From sequence record SRR31156797_986: a DNA stretch of 20,000 bases. The stretch is one strand, 5' to 3'. The notes under the pieces are model-generated. The model ran no database searches and was not told the DNA's origin. It saw only the letters and a list, made by a program, of their open reading frames with translations. Made by a program: the position numbers and the translations under genes. Positions 17,708 to 20,000 of this stretch are shown one piece after another (positions within the stretch are counted from its first letter, which is position 1; every line of letters starts with the position of its first letter).

Positions 17708-17776
17708 ATTTACGTTACGGGGTTAGACGTCTAACGGAAGGCTTAGATTCCGACAACTTCAGCTTTTTGTTAGTTT

Positions 17777-18355
17777 TTAAATTTCTTCAATAATATGGTC
17801 ACTGATCTTATTGATATCCAAAGGTTTTCGGTGGACATACTCAAAATTATCCCTGTCGTCGAAGCAAATTTTAAGAATTTCCCTGGTGTAAGGAGATACA
17901 TCATCTTTAAGGATTGAAATATATGAACTCCATTTAATGTTCCGAAAGTCATCTCTTGTGTGATGTAGCACTGGATTTTGATGTATGTAACAAAACATAT
18001 TGCGAAGATAGTTCAGATCATTTACGCATTTTCTTTTAACAGGTCTCATGAACAACGACCCCATCCGGTTTTCCTGTTTGTTGATGGCTTGTGCATATGA
18101 AATGCCAAACCTTCTGAATGATTCTGACACCTCTTTTGGCTTTGCCGTATGGTTTATATAAACCAGGAGATGGTAGTGGTTTTGCATAAGACAATAAGCC
18201 ATCAGCTCAAAAAAACTGCCGGGTCCTTTATTCAGCAGTCTGAGAAAATATTCATAGTTTGCTTCTCTGTGGAAGAGTTTGTCACTTCCGATAGCCCGGT
18301 TATAAACATGGTAATGGTAACCGGGTTCAAATGGTTCGGTATATTTTTGAGCCAT
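17777..18355 (-). CDS. rayT: REP-associated tyrosine transposase (RAYT; Y1 HUH, IS200/IS605 superfamily)
   Basis: YHYHVYNRA, AYCLMQNHYHLL (HUH), R.GSLF..P, YIHQNPV (catalytic Tyr) and KWSSY motifs. 192 aa, no tnpB, flanked by palindromic repeats. Confidence 0.9.
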   Translation of the reverse strand: MAQKYTEPFEPGYHYHVYNRAIGSDKLFHREANYEYFLRLLNKGPGSFFELMAYCLMQNHYHLLVYINHTAKPKEVSESFRRFGISYAQAINKQENRMGSLFMRPVKRKCVNDLNYLRNMFCYIHQNPVLHHTRDDFRNIKWSSYISILKDDVSPYTREILKICFDDRDNFEYVHRKPLDINKISDHIIEEI

Positions 18356-18548
18356 GTTTTTTTTTGAATAAAGGTAAGATTTTTATAAATTTCGAATGAA
18401 CCACTGAGAGTTATCTCATGTTCAAACTGCAAAGGGAACTTATCGCTCTGAAACACCTATATTCCAGATTAGGGCTTTTTTGCCAGGGATAGCAATCTAT
18501 TCTGCATTTTTACCTGGTTTCGACTAGAGCAGTTTACGTCTGTTGCAC

Positions 18549-18608
18549 AAGGATGTCATCCCTTTTGTAGATTTAGTTTGAAACGGAGTTAAGAGGGATG
18601 ACATCCTT
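18549..18608. repeat. REP-like inverted doublet (REPIN-like) upstream of the RAYT, right after the GT4 stop
   Basis: Perfect 15-bp inverted repeat AAGGATGTCATCCCT (18549-18563)/AGGGATGACATCCTT (18594-18608) with a 30-nt spacer. Same GATG-W-CATC core as 17660-17707. Confidence 0.8.
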
Positions 18609-18617
18609 TGCTGCGCA

Positions 18618-19919
18618 TTAGCTTTGTACCGGGTCACTAAGACTTGAATAAACGTTTATAATTTTATTGGTGAGTTTGGCAAGATTGAATTTCTCCTCAA
18701 TGGCGGCATGACCGTTTCTGCTCATCTCCTTAATTTTTTCAGGTTGTGATAAAACCTCCTGCCATCTCGCCGCCAAGGCCTTTGGATTATTTGGTTCGTA
18801 AACCTCGCCTCCGCCTGTAGCGTTGATGATCTCCGGAAAAGCGCCCAAAGCCGGCTGAATCATCGGAATACCTGATGCAAGGGATTCCAGCTGGTAAAGA
18901 CCGAAAGCCTCCCCTTTTAGCACAGGCACGCTGAGGAAGGTAAGCCCTGAGAAATAATCATGCAGCGCTTCCTTGGAATAATCCTCGATAAATTCAATAT
19001 CATGTTCCAGGTTGTTTTTTTTCAGTTTCCTGATTTGTTTCCTGATGAAACGCTTATCATCACCGGTGCTGCCGCCACTTACCCTGAGCCTGACATTGGA
19101 AAACTTTGAATTATTCCTCAGTTCAATAAATGCATCTATAAATACCGCAAAACCATTTTCTTCATTCATCCTTGAGAGATACCCAATCACGGGATTGGTG
19201 GTTTCCGGCTCGTGATACTGATAATTTTCCGGATCGATGCCCACATGTATGGTATGCAGTTTTTTGTTGGGTATTCGCATTTTTTCGCGCATAACTCCTG
19301 AAAAGAAATCACTCACCGAAATGAAAGCATCCACATCATTACCTTTCTCAGCCATCATATCCCAAACCTTCTGCCGGTAGTGTGGGTACATGGCATCCAC
19401 CCACACATCTTCATCCTGAAGAGAGCAGACCACCGGGATGCCCAGCTCATTTTTAATTTTAAAGGCCAGCCCAAGCAACAATGCATTGGACAGGTGGACG
19501 ATGTCCGGCTTTTCATAATCCCGCAGGTAGTCGATAAGCATCTGCAATTCCTCCTGCTGGTAACCTTCATGGCCCCGTAACATAGATAGGGTCATCTCTT
19601 CCAGTCCGTGGGCACGTGTGGAGCCGGCCTTGCTTGCCGCCAGTTTCAGGATCGGGCCTGAGTTAAAAAGCCGATACATCCATGCCGGCATGTGCCTGAA
19701 CAGGCTGTATTCCTGCTTCAGGAAAATATTAACGGCACCGTAAAAAACCGGCGTGTCGTTTTCCTGTTTTTTGTTATCAATAAAAAGCGGAAGATATATG
19801 GGCAGTGTGTGAGCTTCGTGTCCCCGATCGCGGAGGGCCTGAGAAAAGCCGCTGTCGCGCAGGCAGTTCCCGCAGTAAAAAGTTCCTCCAAAGCCCGGTA
19901 CAATATTGACGATTTTCAT
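18618..19919 (-). CDS. Glycosyltransferase family 4 (GT-B) with N-terminal CxxC
   Basis: KPDIVHLSN, IHVGID, IGYLSRMNEENG and EAFGLYQLESLASGIP (the E-x7-E GT4 motif). N-terminal PGFGGTFYCGNCLRD. Confidence 0.9.
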   Translation of the reverse strand: MKIVNIVPGFGGTFYCGNCLRDSGFSQALRDRGHEAHTLPIYLPLFIDNKKQENDTPVFYGAVNIFLKQEYSLFRHMPAWMYRLFNSGPILKLAASKAGSTRAHGLEEMTLSMLRGHEGYQQEELQMLIDYLRDYEKPDIVHLSNALLLGLAFKIKNELGIPVVCSLQDEDVWVDAMYPHYRQKVWDMMAEKGNDVDAFISVSDFFSGVMREKMRIPNKKLHTIHVGIDPENYQYHEPETTNPVIGYLSRMNEENGFAVFIDAFIELRNNSKFSNVRLRVSGGSTGDDKRFIRKQIRKLKKNNLEHDIEFIEDYSKEALHDYFSGLTFLSVPVLKGEAFGLYQLESLASGIPMIQPALGAFPEIINATGGGEVYEPNNPKALAARWQEVLSQPEKIKEMSRNGHAAIEEKFNLAKLTNKIINVYSSLSDPVQS

Positions 19920-19946
19920 GTTGTATATTTATTTTTTTTTGATGAT

Positions 19947-20000
19947 GTAGAGACGCACGGCCGTTTTTTTATTCTCGTTGAGACGCACGGCCGTGCGTCT
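19947..20000. repeat. GTAG-family REP elements in tandem (first truncated, second running off the window)
   Basis: GTAGAGACGCACGGCCGT at 19947-19964 and GTTGAGACGCACGGCCGTGCGTCT at 19977-20000. 19981-20000 is a perfect 20-bp palindrome. Confidence 0.8.

Noticed and set aside
17777-18355. Complete IS200/IS605 element with tnpB
   Set aside because: No tnpB is present. Protein length and the YIHQNP/WSSY motifs plus REP-like flanks fit a RAYT better.
1014-19903. Many 60-160 aa alternative-frame or antisense ORFs in the ORF track
   Set aside because: They overlap well-supported long genes and show no family motifs, so they are expected shadow ORFs.
19947-20000. CRISPR array interpretation of the terminal direct repeats
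   Set aside because: The period is only 30 nt with a ~12-nt gap, the GTAG foot plus palindrome is REP-like, and there are no cas genes.

Overview
Bacteroidota-type chromosomal window (T9SS C-terminal sorting domains, TAnnTTTG promoter elements, A-rich leaders). From left to right it holds: the 3' part of a tandem-CUB T9SS cargo gene; an AT-rich membrane-anchored MutS-domain-V ATPase; a T9SS papain-like (C1A) cysteine protease; a convergent T9SS BNR/YCF48-like beta-propeller; a heavy-metal RND efflux operon (adaptor, CzcA/CusA-family pump, TolC-family channel); and, on the minus strand, a CxxC-bearing GT4 glycosyltransferase, a REP-associated tyrosine transposase (RAYT), a LolD/MacB-type ATPase and a 1096-aa double-FtsX permease. 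The best candidate for an undescribed system is the His/Cys-rich leader ORF in front of the RND operon. It ends in the ribosome-arrest motif RAPP, and its stop codon lies in a predicted 13-bp stem that pairs with the initiation region of the first efflux gene, the layout of a metal-sensing arrest-peptide switch. Second is the RAYT, flanked on both sides by inverted doublets of a non-GTAG palindrome (core GATG-W-CATC), with a separate GTAG-type REP at the window end. All family calls come from motif recognition by eye, and no searches were run.
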